A stretch of DNA of 64,000 nucleotides from the human T2T-CHM13v2.0 reference genome, Homo sapiens. The stretch's first letter is position 1. The number at the start of each line of letters is the position of its first letter. The stretch lies in the NCBI RefSeq assembly GCF_009914755.1, contig NC_060926.1. One strand, 5' to 3'. Below the pieces are notes generated by a model, which was not told the origin of the DNA, searched no databases, and saw nothing but the letters and a program-made list of their open reading frames with translations. The position numbers and the translations under genes were made by a program. This document shows positions 43,909 through 57,750 of the stretch, one piece after another.

Positions 43909-46141
43909 TCGTACAGAATAATGGCAAAAATAAATTAGCCTTTATATTGAAGTCATTTTCTACTATGACTCCAATTTTTTCAGCCTTAGGCTATGCTGAG
44001 TCCATGACACCTAGAGTTCAGTGATTACAAGCTGCAGTGCAATTTCCCAAGTCTATAGAACACATTGCTCCAGTTCTTTCCTTGGGTTATAATGAACATT
44101 TCCACCATTAAAGATGGAGTGGTACTCATCTTTATAAAACTAACTGACATATTGCTTCCTGTATTAGATCTGTGTGTATATCTATATCACATCTATCCAT
44201 CTCTCCTTCTATCTACCAATCTACCCACATACCTACATATTTTACCCCCTCCCTACTTCAGTGTAACCCTATATGTCTCTATTTAACTATTATAGCACTG
44301 CTTTTTTAATCATAGTCCATTCTATATTTCTTGTTGGAAACAACGCACAACACACACAGGCATCAATACAATTCAAAATACTAAGCTCAATGTTGAAAGA
44401 TGTACATATTATGAATCCTAGTACCCTCTTCTTAATTACTGAGGACATTATTTGACTTATTCATTGATTTTCTAAGGAAAATGTTTTCCTTTTATAAAAA
44501 GATCAATCCATTTTACCTAATATTTCTAAACATTTCCATACTGACCTCCCCTGGGTCAATTATGTCTATAGATTTATTATGCTAAGCAGCTTCCCAAACT
44601 AACAATCATATTATAATTATCAGAGCCATTCATTACTAACACTCCTCAGAAAGCTGTGACTTTAAGGGGTGAGGTTAGTGAAACATATCTGTGTCTGGAA
44701 CTTAATCACTAGGCATTAGAGTAATTTGGGGGATTCAGCCTTGTGCTTCCTAACACAAGGCTTCAGATAGCCAGTTCAGTTTTATGTAGGCTCTTGTAAT
44801 AGAGACAATGTCCTGGGCGCTAGCAGAGACAATCATCTTCATCTAATAGTTAAAGATAGTTGATTCATTTTAACTAAATGTTGGAAAAATCTTTTCAGCT
44901 TAAAATATCTTATGAAACATGTATTTGTAAAATGAATAAATAAATGAATAAATAATATTGGAAAAGTGGAGGAGGAGGGGTTCAGAAATTAGTGACAGTA
45001 TACAGATTTTAATTCCAAGTACTTTGAGATTTCTAGGACATCCACAAACTAGTATGCAAACCTGTGACTCCTAATATCCGACTTGGTAAGATGGATGCAA
45101 CATTTTGAAAGATGTGTATTTTCTATTTATATAAAATACATTTTAAGGAAATAATATCATTGTATTTGTTTAGTCATTTTGTTCAACTAATGAACTGCTT
45201 GCACATAAGAATAGAAAATTAAGCAAATTGATTATGCAACACAAATTTTATTTTATTTTATTGTGTACTTGGGATTTCAAAAATGTATATCACAGAAACT
45301 GTGATTAATGCCCTGTGAAGAAAAAGGAAATGTGTTCATCTCAAGCAATACTTTTTCTTGAATAGTCAGGTGAAAGAAAAATGTTTTTGATTTTATAACT
45401 TAAATTATATTATATCAAGTATAAAATTTATACATACACATATATGTAAGTACTATATTTTTTTCAATTAAAAACAAATTTTCCCTGTAAATAGCAGCAT
45501 AGTAAATGACTCTGACCTGTTATTTCAACAAACAACAGTACTAGGAGGCAGTTACAGTAACTTAATTATAATAACTAAAATATTATGCAGTCTAAACAAC
45601 TGTGGAATAAATCAAACAAACAAAAAGGATTTCCGTTCTGTGGCCTATTAGATCAAGAAGTTAATATTTATTACTTTGCTCTTTTTTTAATAAACAAAAA
45701 TAAGTTGTATGGAACAAATCTGTCTATAAATTAACATGCATTTGGGGTTTGTAGTTAATCATGGCTTGTTTTGTTGTAATGAATTTCCTATCAATATACA
45801 TAAATGTACATTTTGCATTATGGTTTAATGACACAGTCATTAGAAGAAGAAAATTGCTAACCAAATCAGCTAATGAAAATGGTAGATTATGTGCAAAACC
45901 ACTCAGATTATACTATAATATTTTAAAACGTGTAGATTTTGAGGATTTTATTTAATAAATATTTTAGCTTAACTATTGTTTAATTATGGAACATATTGTA
46001 TTTTATTAATAATTTGCGTACAGCTTCAAATTGATTTTATGTTAATACAGCATTGAAAGAATGAAACTCAAATATCTTAACTTATTTTCTATCATTTGCA
46101 TTTGCTAATACTGAACTTCCACATTCCCCTGTAAAGGGATT

Positions 46142-46525
46142 TGATATGGTTAGGCTTTGTGTCTTCACCCAAATCTCATCTTGAATTATAATCCCCATAA
46201 TCCTCACATGTCAAGGCAGAGACCAAGTGGAGGTAATTGGATCATGGGGGCAGTTTACCCTATGCTGTTCTCCTGACAGTAAGTGAATCCTCACAAGATC
46301 TGATGGTTTTATAAATCGTGGTTTTTCCTGCACTCTCACATACTTCTCCCTCCTGCTGCCTTGTGAAGAAGGTGCCTTGCTTCCCCTTCACCTTCCACCA
46401 TGATTGTAAGTTTCGTGAGGCCTCTCCAGCCATGCTGAACTGTGAGTCAATTAAACCTCTTTCCTTTATATATTACCCCCAGTCTCGGGCAGTTCTTTTT
46501 AGCAGTGTGAAAGCAGATTAATACA
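46142..46525 (+). mobile_element. THE1D solo LTR
   Basis: tgatatggttaggctttgtgtc...aactgtgagtcaattaaacctc...gattaataca. Confidence 0.92.
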
Positions 46526-46688
46526 GTATCTTTACCATAAAATATTTAGCTATTCAAATTCTGTCCTCCTTATGTTCAAGTAATAAATCACAACATTAAT
46601 ATCAAATAAATATTATCTCATCCAAATTGGGAAAAAATTACTTCTTATCATCTGAATATATTTTCCCAGGTTAGTACTTGGGGTAGAG

Positions 46689-46692
46689 GTAT

Positions 46693-46740
<48 letters not shown>
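46689..46740. repeat. (GT)n microsatellite
   Basis: Direct reading. Confidence 0.93.
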
Positions 46741-46742
<2 letters not shown>

Positions 46743-48183
46743 GGGTATATTAAAAAATGCAGTGTTTCCAGGGAACCTAGTAAATATAGAAACTAAAATC
46801 CATCAATTAAGTTAAACTCAGCAACTAGTATGTTCATACCTCTATTGTGCAGGACACTTTACAGAGACATATTTATAACACACTTCTTGTCTTTAAGTGG
46901 GTGATAGTCTAGTATAAATACAAAAAAGCAAATATAGTGATATCTATACCATTTATATAACTGATCAGTTTAAGTGGGCTAAATAATACTAGTCTGTGTC
47001 ACAAGGATAGCATCCACATTAACCTCTTCACCTCTGAAAATGAAGGAGCTAGAAAAGTGTCTGGCACATAGTAGGCCATCAGAAATATCTTTTGATATCT
47101 TTTGAGAGACAAAAGAATGATTAAATGAATAAAACATAAATGAAGAAAGTAAGTGACATTTGTGGTGAGTTACACTGTAACATTTTAAAGCACAAGGTAA
47201 AATAAGTGCTTTTGAAATTGTGTTCTAGGGAGAGGTACTGTAGTCAATTTAGGATGGTCATGAGAAATACCTATTTCAAAAGTTTTTAGTTGTTTCATCT
47301 AACAGTCAAACAACTTGTTAGTAAAACTCAAAGTAGATAATTTTTTATTTAGTGTACATAATTTCCCCATAATTCCATTGTCTTCAACTTTTTCCTTGGT
47401 TTGATGATAATGTAGAGCAAAACCTTCCTCTCTAGTGATTAAATCACCAGCACTATCATGCACTAAGGAAAACTAAAATGCTTGGGCTTTTCAGACCTTA
47501 TAAGATACCACCTCTCATTTTACGGGAATCCTGCGAGATTCAAAATGCCTCTGAGTCCACTGATATGAGTAAGAGCCAAAGGAAGTTAAAAGTTATGTTG
47601 GCCTAACTTCATCTGCTGGTGGCCAAGAGTGCCTAGAGAAATATTCTGTGTTTATCCAGATGCTGATATATATTTGGACTATATACAGAACATAAGGCAG
47701 AATTAAAGCATTGGTTTCCTGAATCACGGAGTGAAAGATGTTATATTAAGACAATCCAAATGGATATTCCAAATGTCCCCAGTAGATTATTTTAAAAAAT
47801 AATATTCAGGCCCTTCCACTTCTGGTGAAGATGGAAAAACAGAGAAAAAATTTATTATCTCTCCCAAAACAATAAAAAAGAGAACAATAATATTCAAATC
47901 AATGTATATCAGATGATGAAAACCATAATCCTCAAGAGATGGGAAAGAACTGAGGCAAGACCTAGGCTTCACCACACTGCCTTAAGACAATTTCCAGTAT
48001 GAAATGCAGGGAGGGCAGAGCTAGGTATCCTCCCAGTGTTGACGAGAAAGAGCTGATTATCTGGTGAGGACAAGGTGACTAGACTTAGCAACAGAGAACA
48101 CAGAAGAGGCAAGAACAGCACAAAGACAGAAATCTGGAACTTTATAAAAGAACCTATTTGAGTATTCAGTTGAATACTGATAA

Positions 48184-48552
<369 letters not shown>

Positions 48553-48678
48553 GATATTGGAATACATTCTTAAATAAATGTGGTTGTTATATGTCATTTT
48601 AACACACGTTTCTGGCTTTATTATTATTTTTTGCTAATGACTTACTACTTGCTGTTTATTTTATATTTATTTTAGACT

Positions 48679-49708
48679 ATGGAAATAATGTTAGACCAAA
48701 AGCAAATTTGAGCAATTTTCTTATTCTTGTTCAAAATGGGTCATAAAGCAGCAGAGACAACGCACAACATCAACAATGCATTTGGCCCAGGAACTGCTAA
48801 TGGTCGTACAATGCAGTGGTGATTCAAGAAGTTTTGCAAAGGAGATGAGAGCCTTGAAGTTGAGGAGTGTAGTGGCTGGGCATCGGAAGTTTACGATGAC
48901 AATTGAGAACAATCATCAAAGCTGATCCTCTTACAACCACACGAGAAGTTGCTGAAGAACTCAACATTGATCATTCTGTGGTCATTTGACATTTGAAGCA
49001 AATTGGAAAGGTGAAAAACTCAATAAGTGGGTGCCTTATGAACTGAGCAAAAATTAAAAAAAATTGTTTTGAAGTGTTGTCTTTTCTTATTCTACACAAC
49101 AACAACAAACAATGTCTTGATTGGATTGTGACATGAGGTGAAAAGTGGATTTTGCATACAACCAACTATGACCAGCTGAGTGGTTCGACCTAAAAGAAGC
49201 TCCAAAGCACTTCCCAAAGCATAATTAGCGCACACACAAAAAAAAACGGTTATGGTCAATGTTTGGTGCTCTGCTGCCAGTCTGACGCACTACAGCTTTC
49301 TGAATCCTGGTGAAACCATTTCATCTGAGAGAAGTATGCTCAGCAAATTGAGGAGATTCACTGAAAACTTCAACGCCTGCAGCCAGAATTGGTCAACAGT
49401 AAGAGCCCAATTCTTCACAATGCCTGATCACACATTGCACAACCAATGCTTCAAAAGTTTAATGAATAGGGCTACAAAGATTTGCCTCATCTGCCATATT
49501 CACCTGATCTCTTGCCAACCGACTACCACTTCTTCAAGAACCTCAACAACTTTTGCAGGGAAAATGCTTCCACAACCAACAGGATGCAGAAAATGCTTTC
49601 CAAGAGTTTATTGAATCCTGAGTCATGGATTTTTGTACCACAGGAATAAGCATACATATTTCTTGTTGGCAAAAAGGTGTTGATTGCAATGGTTCCTATT
49701 TTGATTAA
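48679..49708 (+). pseudogene. Hsmar1 transposase pseudogene (homologous to the SETMAR/Metnase transposase domain)
   Basis: Manual translation gives MEIMLDQKQI*AIFLFLFKMGHKAAETTHNINNAFGPGTANGRTMQW*FKKFCKGDESLE, then WVPYEL, IVT*GEKW, YSPDLLPTDYHFFK and CVDCNGSYFD*. Multiple stops and frameshifts; the first two catalytic Asp appear lost. Confidence 0.93.
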
Positions 49709-51592
49709 TAAAGATGTGTTTGAACTGAGTTATAATAATTAAAATTCACAGTCCAAAACCACAATTACTTTTGCACCAACCTAAATTTTATCTGAGACTG
49801 GAAAATAATCACCTGAGAGGATTAAGTGTCATAATGCTCAGCAGTCACTGGGGACAGGGGCTACTACCTGTTTCCAATATCTATATTAAAAATTCATGTT
49901 TCTTGAGGCATTATGAAGAACACAAGGAAGGTGTTGCTTTAGTGCTGGGGGATGATTGGCCTTAGACTGATTACTGCTTAAAATGAACTAAGAAACCACT
50001 AAGTTTGAAAGGATCAATCTTATTTTGCATTGCTTAAGTGTGTCCCAGAACACATCTCAAGAATATTTAGAGGATTATAATGGTATTCATCACCCAATAA
50101 ATTAAGAATTACAGTATCGCAATGTTGAGCATCCAATGAACTGATACCTAGCTTGAAAGAAACAGGAAAATTCGAAACCTTAAGTGGGGATAAAATCAAT
50201 CAAAATTAAAATTCACCTAGAATTAATTCAGTTGTTAGAATTTTCACTTAAAGGCATTAAAAGTTATTAAAATCATTTTCAACATGTGCAAATAGTTAGG
50301 CACAGAGAAGATTTAAATGTACAAATAAAACTCTTGGAGGTTAAAACTACAGTGTGTGAGATGACAACTAAATTAATAGACTCAAATGCATGTTAGACAC
50401 TGCAGAAGAAAATGGCAATGAACTTGAAGACATAATAAATACTACTCAAAATGAAAAGTGCACACGAACAACATAGAAAATGAACATATTATTGATTAGC
50501 TATAAGCAATATCCTATAAATATATGTGCAAAATAGTTCCTGAAGGAATAAGGGGAACATAAAATATTTAGAGAAATAATGGTTACGATTTTTCCAAAGT
50601 AAATACAAATTTAAATCCAAAAATCCAAGAACCGAAGCAGACTCCAGGCACAAGAAACATGAAGAAGACTAAAGCAAGGCACATCATAATGTAATTGTTC
50701 AAAACGAATGAAAAATAAAAAAATCTCAAAAGCAGCCAGAGAAAGAAAACAAAAAAGGAAAAGAACAAAGATGAGAGCAATGACACATTACTCAATAGAG
50801 CAGTGCAGATGGGGGCACAGTGTACTGATGGAATGTGTGTGTGTGAATTTGGAATTCACATGCATTCTCCCATGTATACATGAGAGATCTATTATTCAAA
50901 ATCAAAGGGAATATAACAACTTTATAACAGAGTCAAAAGCTGAAGGAATTAGTCACTAGCAACTTGCCACTATAATAAATATTTAAGGATATCTGTCAGG
51001 CAGAAGTAAGACCCACACTAGAAAGAAATATTGACCTACACAAAGCATTGAAGAATACTGGAAATGGTGTGTGTGTGTGTGAGTGTGTGTGTGTGCGTGT
51101 GTGTGTGTGCTGAATTACAGGATAGTATACATCCTTTTTTTCAACAGCATAAAAGATAAATATAGAGCATATATTGGACATAAAACTAGTCTTAACATAT
51201 TTAAAGTGGTTCAAGTTGTATATAAAGTAATTAGAAGTCAGTAACAAAAACAACAGATATCTGGAGAATCCCCAAATAGTTAAAAACTAAGTAGCATACT
51301 TAAAAAATCAGTTGAAGTATAAATAAAAACTAAAGTTTACTTTGAACTGAATGAAAGCAAAACACAATAATTAACAATTTGTGAGATGCTCCTAAAGCAG
51401 TAAAGGAAAATTTATTACACTAAAGTGAATAATAAAAATGGAGAAGAGTTTCAAATCAATCACTGCAGCTTTCATCTTAAGATCCTAGAAAAAAGAAGAA
51501 AAAAGGAAAGACCAAGTAAGAGGAGGAAATGCAATTATAAAGATTAAAATGGAAATCCATAAGATAGAAGAGGAAAAAAAGACAAAACAGTT

Positions 51593-54500
51593 GGCAAACC
51601 TCATGGTAAACTCAGAATAACAACAACAGCAACAACAATACAATGGATACATGAAAAAATAAAAAGTAAGAAACTAAATCATATCACCACAGAAAATCGC
51701 CTTCACTAAAGGAAGATAGAAAGAAAAGAAAGAACGAAGAGAAGACCATTAAAAACACCCAGTAAGCATGTAACAAAATGTTAGGAGTAAGTTTTTACTT
51801 ATCAATAATAAAATTGAATAAAAATGAACTAAACTCTCCAATCAAAAGACAGAGTGTCTTAATGGATAACAAATAATACACATTCGTCTGTTGCCCACAA
51901 AAGAACACACTTTACCTACAAAAACACACATAGACTGAAAATAAACAAATGGGAAAAGATACTTCATGCCAATGGAAACCGAAAAACAGCAGGAGTAACT
52001 ATACTTTTAAAAAGCAGATTTCAAGACAAAATCTAAGAAGAGACAAAGAAGGTCGCTAAATAATGATAAAGGGGTCAGCTTACCAAGAGGATATAACAAT
52101 TTTAAATATATATGTACCCAATCCTGGAGCACACATATATATAAAGCAAATATGAGAGCCAAAGAGAGAGAGCTAGGCCTCAATGCAATAATAGCTGGAG
52201 ACTTCAACACCCCACTTTCAGCAGATCTTCCAGACAGAAACTCAGCAAAAAAAAAACAGACTTAATCTGCACTATAGACCAAATGGATATAATAGACATT
52301 TAGAAAATATTTTATGCAACAGCTGCAGAATACACATGCTTTTCCTCAGCACATAGATCATTCTCAAGGATAGATCATATGGTAGGTCACAAACAAGTCT
52401 TAAAATGTTCAAAAAAACTGAAATAACATTAAGCATCTTCTCTGATCATAAAATGGAATAAAACTAGAAATCAATAACAGAGGAATTTTTGATCCTATAC
52501 CAACAACATGGACATTAACATGCTCCTGATTGACTAGTGAGTCAATGAAGAAATTAAGAAGGAAACTGAAAATTTTCTTGAAACACATAATAATGCAAAC
52601 ACAACATACCCAAAATTATGGGATCCAGAAAAAGCAGTACTAAAAGGACAGCTTATAGCTACAAGTGCCTACATAAAAAGGGAAAACTTAAACAATTTAA
52701 TGATGCATCTTAAAGAACTAGAAGAGCAAGAGCAAACCAAACCCAAAATTAGTAAAAGAAAATAAATAATAAATATCAGGGAAGAGATAAACGAATTTGA
52801 AATTAAGAGAACAATACAAATGATCAATGCAACAAAAAGTTGACTTTCTGAAAAGATACATAATATTAACAAACTTTTAGGCAGACTAAGCAAAAAGGAT
52901 AGAAGACACAAAGAAATAAAAACAGAAATGAAAAAGGAGACATTACAACTGATATTGCAGAAATTTAAAGAATTATTAGTAGCTATTATAAGCAACTATA
53001 TGCCAATAAATTGGAAAATCTAGGAAAACCAAAACACAAATTCCTAGACACATGCAACCTAATAAGATTGAATCAGGAAGAAATCCAAAACCTGAACAGA
53101 CCAATAACAAGTAATGAGATCTAAGCTGTAATAAAAAGCCTCACAGTAAAGCCATGGACCTGATGGCTTCACTGCTGAATTCTATCAAACATTTAAAGAA
53201 CTAATACCAATCCTACTCAAATGATTTCAAAGAATAGAGGAGGATGGAATACTTCCAAACTCATTCTGTAAGGCCAGTATTACCCAGATACCAAAACCAA
53301 AGAAACATTAATAAATTTAAAAAAAAGAGAGAGAAAAAGAAAAAGAAAACTACAGGCCAATATCTCTGATGAATATTGATGCAAAAATTCTCAAAAAAAT
53401 ACTAGCACACCTAATTCAACAATTTGTTAAAAAGATCATTCATCATGACCAAGTGAGATTTATCCCTGGGATGCAAGGATGGTTCAACATATGCAGATCA
53501 ATTAATGTGATGCATCATGGCAACAGAATGAAAAATAAAAAAAAAAAACCGTATGATCATTTCAATTGATGTTGGAAAACCATTTGGTAAAATTCAGCAT
53601 CCCTTCATGATGAAAACTCTTAAAAAACTGCGTATAGAAGAAACATACCTCAACATAATAAAAGCCATATATGACAGACTCACGGCTATTATCACACTGC
53701 ATAGGGAAAACCTGAAAGCCTTTTCTCTAAGATCCAGAACTTGAAAAGGATCCCCACTTTCACCTCTGTTATTCAACATAACATTGTTCTAGCTGTAAGT
53801 CCTAGCTAGAGCAATCAGATAACACAAAGAAATAAAGGACATCCAAGTTGAAATGGAATAAGTCAAATTAAGTAATATGATCTTACATTTGGAAAAATCT
53901 AAAGACTCCACAGAAGAAAAAAAAATACTATTAGAACTGATAAACAAAATTTAGTAAAGTTGCAGAATACAAGTCACCATAAAAATTTAACAGCATTTCT
54001 ATATGCCAACAGTGAATAATCTGAAAAAGAAATTTTAAAAGCAATTCAGTTACAATAGTCACAAATAAAATGGAACACCTAGGGATTAACTTAACCAAAG
54101 AAGTGGAAGAACTCTACACTAAAAACTAAACAAATAAAAGTTGATGAAAGAAATTGAAGAGGACACCAAAAAGTGTAAAAAAAATTCATTTTCATGGCAT
54201 TAAAGAATCAATATTGTTAAACTGTCCATATTAGCAAAGTAATCTACAGATTCAATGCAATCCCTATCAAAATACAAATGACATTCTTTATAAAACATGT
54301 ATGGAATGGCATAGACCCAGAATAGCCAAAGGTATCCTAAGGAAAAATAAATAAACAAATAAATAACTGGAGGAATCACAGTAGCTATCTTCAAATCATA
54401 CTACAAAGTTACAGTAATAAAAACTGCATGCTACTGGCCATAAAAACCGACATATAGACCAATGGAACAGAATAGAGAACTGAGAAACAAATACACCACC

Positions 54501-56694
54501 TACTAATGAACTCATTTTTGATAAAGGTGCTGAAAACATACACCAGGGAAAAGACAGTCTCTTCAATAAATGATGCTGAGAAAACTGGATATTCACATGA
54601 AGAATAATGAAACTAGACTCCTATCGCTTGCTGTATATAAAAATCAATTCAGAATGGATTAAAGACAAACCTAAGTCCTCAAACTGAAACTATTACAACA
54701 AAACATAGGGGAAAGTCTTCAGGACATTAATCTGGTCAAAAATTTCTTGAGCAATACTCCACAAGCACAGGTAACTAAAGCAAAAATGAACAAATGGGAA
54801 CATCAAGTAAAGAGCTTCTGCACAACAAATGAAACAGTCCTCAAAGTGAAGAGACAACTCACTGAATGGGAGAAAATATTTGCGAGTTAACCATCTGACA
54901 AGAGATTAATAACCAGAATATATGAGGAGCTCAAACAACTCTGTAGGAAAAAATCTAATGATCAGATCAAAAAATGGGAAAAATGTTTTTTTCTATTTCT
55001 TTTTTTTTCTTCACTTTTCTTAAAAAAAAGGGGGGGATACATGTGCAGAATGTGCATGTTTTTTACGTAGGTATAATCATCCCATGGTAGTTTGCTTATC
55101 TATTGACCCATCATTTAAGTTCCCTCCCCTCACTCCCCAACCCCCCAATAGGCCATACTGTGTGTTGTTCCCCTGTCTGTGTCCATGTGTTCTCAATATT
55201 CACCTCCCACTTAGGAGTGACAGCATGTGGTGTTTGGTTTTCTGTTCCTGTGTTAGTTTGCTGAGGATGATGGCTTCCAGCTTCATCCATGTCCCTGCAA
55301 AGCAAACAGTCTCATTCCTTCTTATGGCTACATTGTATTCCATGATGTATATGTACCACATTTCTTTATCCAGTCTGTCATTGATTGGCATTTGGGTTCG
55401 TTCCATGTCTTTGCTTTTCTAAATAGTACTGCAATAAACATAAGTGTGCATGTGTCTTTATAGTAGAATGATTTATATTGCTTTGGGTATATACCCAGTT
55501 ATGGGATTGCTGAGTCAAATGGTATTTCTGGTTCTAGATCCTTGAGGAATTGCCATACTGTCTTCCACAATGGTTGAAATAATTTAAATTCCCACCAATA
55601 GTGTAAAAGCATTCCTATTTCTCCACAGCCTCACCAACATCTATTGTTTCCTGACTTTTTAATAATTTCCATTCTGACAGGCGTGAGATGGCATCTCATT
55701 GTGGATTTGATTTGCATTTCTTTGATGATCAGTGATGTTGAACTTTCTTCCATATGTTTATTGGCTGCATAAATGTCTTATTTTGAGAAGTGTCTGTTCA
55801 TATTCTAAAAATTGGGCAAAATATTTGAATAGACATTTCTCTAAAGAAGACATACAAATGACAAACAGTCCTATGAAAAGGTGCTCAACATCACTGATCA
55901 TCTAAGAAATGCAAATCAAAACTACAATGAGATATCATCTCACCCCTGTCTTATATCTAAAAGACAGACAATAACAAATGCTAGCTAGGCTGTAGAGAAA
56001 AGGGAAGCGTTGTACACTGTTGGTGGGGATATAAATTCATACAACCAATATGGAGAACAGTTTGAAGGTGCCTCAAAAAACTGAAAATAGAGCTACCATG
56101 TGATCCAGAAATTCCACTGCTGTGTATATACCCACAAGACAGGAAATCAGTATATTGAAGATGTAACTGCACTCCCATGTTTGTTTCAGCAGCGTACAGC
56201 CATGAAAACAAATGAGATCCTGTCATTTGCAATAGCATGCATGGAACTGGAGATCATTATGTTAAATAAGGCCAGACACAGAAAGACAAATATAGCATGT
56301 TGTCACTTATATGAGGGATCTAAAAATCAAAACAATGGAACTCATTGACATAGATAGTAAAAGGATGGTTACCAGAGGCTGGCATGGGTAGCAGGGCAGC
56401 TGGTAGGGAGGTGAAGATGGCTAATTCGTATTAAAAAATAGGTAGAAAGAATAAATAACACCTGGTATTTGATAGCAGAACAGGATGACTATAGTAAATA
56501 ATAACTTAATTGTACACTTAAAAATAACTAACAGAGTGTAGTTGGATTGTTTGTAATACAAAGGATAAGTGCTTGAGGGGATGGATATCCCATTATCCAT
56601 GATATGATTAGTAAGCATTGCAAAACATCTGAGGTACCCCATAAATATATACACCTACTATGTACTCCCAAAAATTAAAACATAAAAATTAATT
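51593..56694 (+). mobile_element. L1MA2-like element (inter-ORF region, decayed full ORF2, 3'UTR)
   Basis: ORF2 ATG at ~51778. Fragments [32 protein letters not shown] and [20 protein letters not shown]1MA2-type 3'UTR. Degenerate TSD aaaaaagacaaaacagtt/aaaaaagagaaaagcagtt. Confidence 0.9.
54989..55806 (-). mobile_element. 5'-truncated L1PA8A-like element, antisense inside the L1MA2
   Basis: Characteristic aaaaaaaag..gggatacatgtgcagaatgtgc end. 20-bp TSD aaaaaatgggaaaaatgttt (54969-54988) and aaaaattgggcaaaatattt (55807-55826). Confidence 0.9.
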
Positions 56695-57067
56695 AAAAAA
56701 GAGAAAAGCAGTTAAACTACAAATATTTTATTCGATTTTTATAATGATCAATACATCTGATGCCATGTTAGCCACATGGATAAGAAATGATAAAAGACAC
56801 ATATTTTCAGAATCAGAAATAAAAGGCATCACTAAAAATTCTTTGAATATTAAATGTACAATAACAAATATTATGAATGATTTCTTGCAAACAAATTCAA
56901 GCAATTAGGATGGACAAAACCTTAAAGAGACACCAACTATCTAAACTCATTCGAAAAGAAAGAGATAATAAAAATAGCCAATATGACTCCCAAAAATATA
57001 CCCAGAAAAACATTCCATTTCCAGATGGCTGTATGGATAAATTTTAACAAACATTTAAGTAAGAAAT

Positions 57068-57650
57068 ATCGGTGGGAGTGTAATTTAGTTCAACCAATGT
57101 GGAAAGCAGTAGGGCAAATCCTCAAAAAGCTAAAATCAGAATTATCATTCAACCAAGTAATCCCATTACTGGGTTTGCTATACCCAGAGGAATATACATA
57201 ATTCTACCATAAAGACACATGTAGGTGATTTTTCATTACAGAATTATTCACAACAGCAAAGACATGGAATCAGTCTAACTGCCCATCAATGACAGATTGG
57301 ATAGAGAAAATGTGGTACATATACACCATGGAATACTATGCAGCCATAAGAAAGGATGAGTTCATGTATTTTGTGGGAAATATGGTTGGAGCTGGAGGCT
57401 ATTATCCTTAGCAAGCTAACCCAGGAAGAGAAAACCAGATACCAGATGTTTTCACTTATAAGTGGGAGCTAAATGATGACAACTTATGAATACAAAGAAG
57501 GAAACCACAGACACTGGGGTCCACTTGAGGGAAGAGGGAGAGGAGCAGAAAAGGTAACTATTGGGTACTGGGCTTAATACCTGCATGGTAAAATAATATG
57601 TACAAGAACAATTTAAAAAAGTAAAACGAAAAACAAAACAAAATGAAAAA
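57068..57650 (+). mobile_element. 5'-truncated L1PA12-15-like 3' end
   Basis: aatgtggtacatatacaccatggaatactatgcagcc...ggagaggagcagaaaaggtaactattgggtactgggcttaatacc. Confidence 0.85.
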
Positions 57651-57750
57651 TGATCTACCTAATGTATTTTTAATGGAGATTTTATCTAACAAATTATGCA
57701 AAACACCTTCTACAATGCCTACTGTATAGTAGATACTTAATAAATGCTAT
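57650..57750 (+). mobile_element. MIR 3' fragment
   Basis: atctacctaatg...acaatgcctactgtatagtagatacttaataaatgcta. Confidence 0.55.

Noticed and set aside
49252-49614. 120-aa ORF as an active transposase
   Set aside because: Only the first ~26 residues are in the transposase frame before a frameshift. The full ORF has early stops and has lost catalytic residues.
51778-56200. L1 ORF2 as retrotransposition-competent
   Set aside because: Many stops and frameshifts, an internal L1PA insertion, and no own ORF1 or promoter
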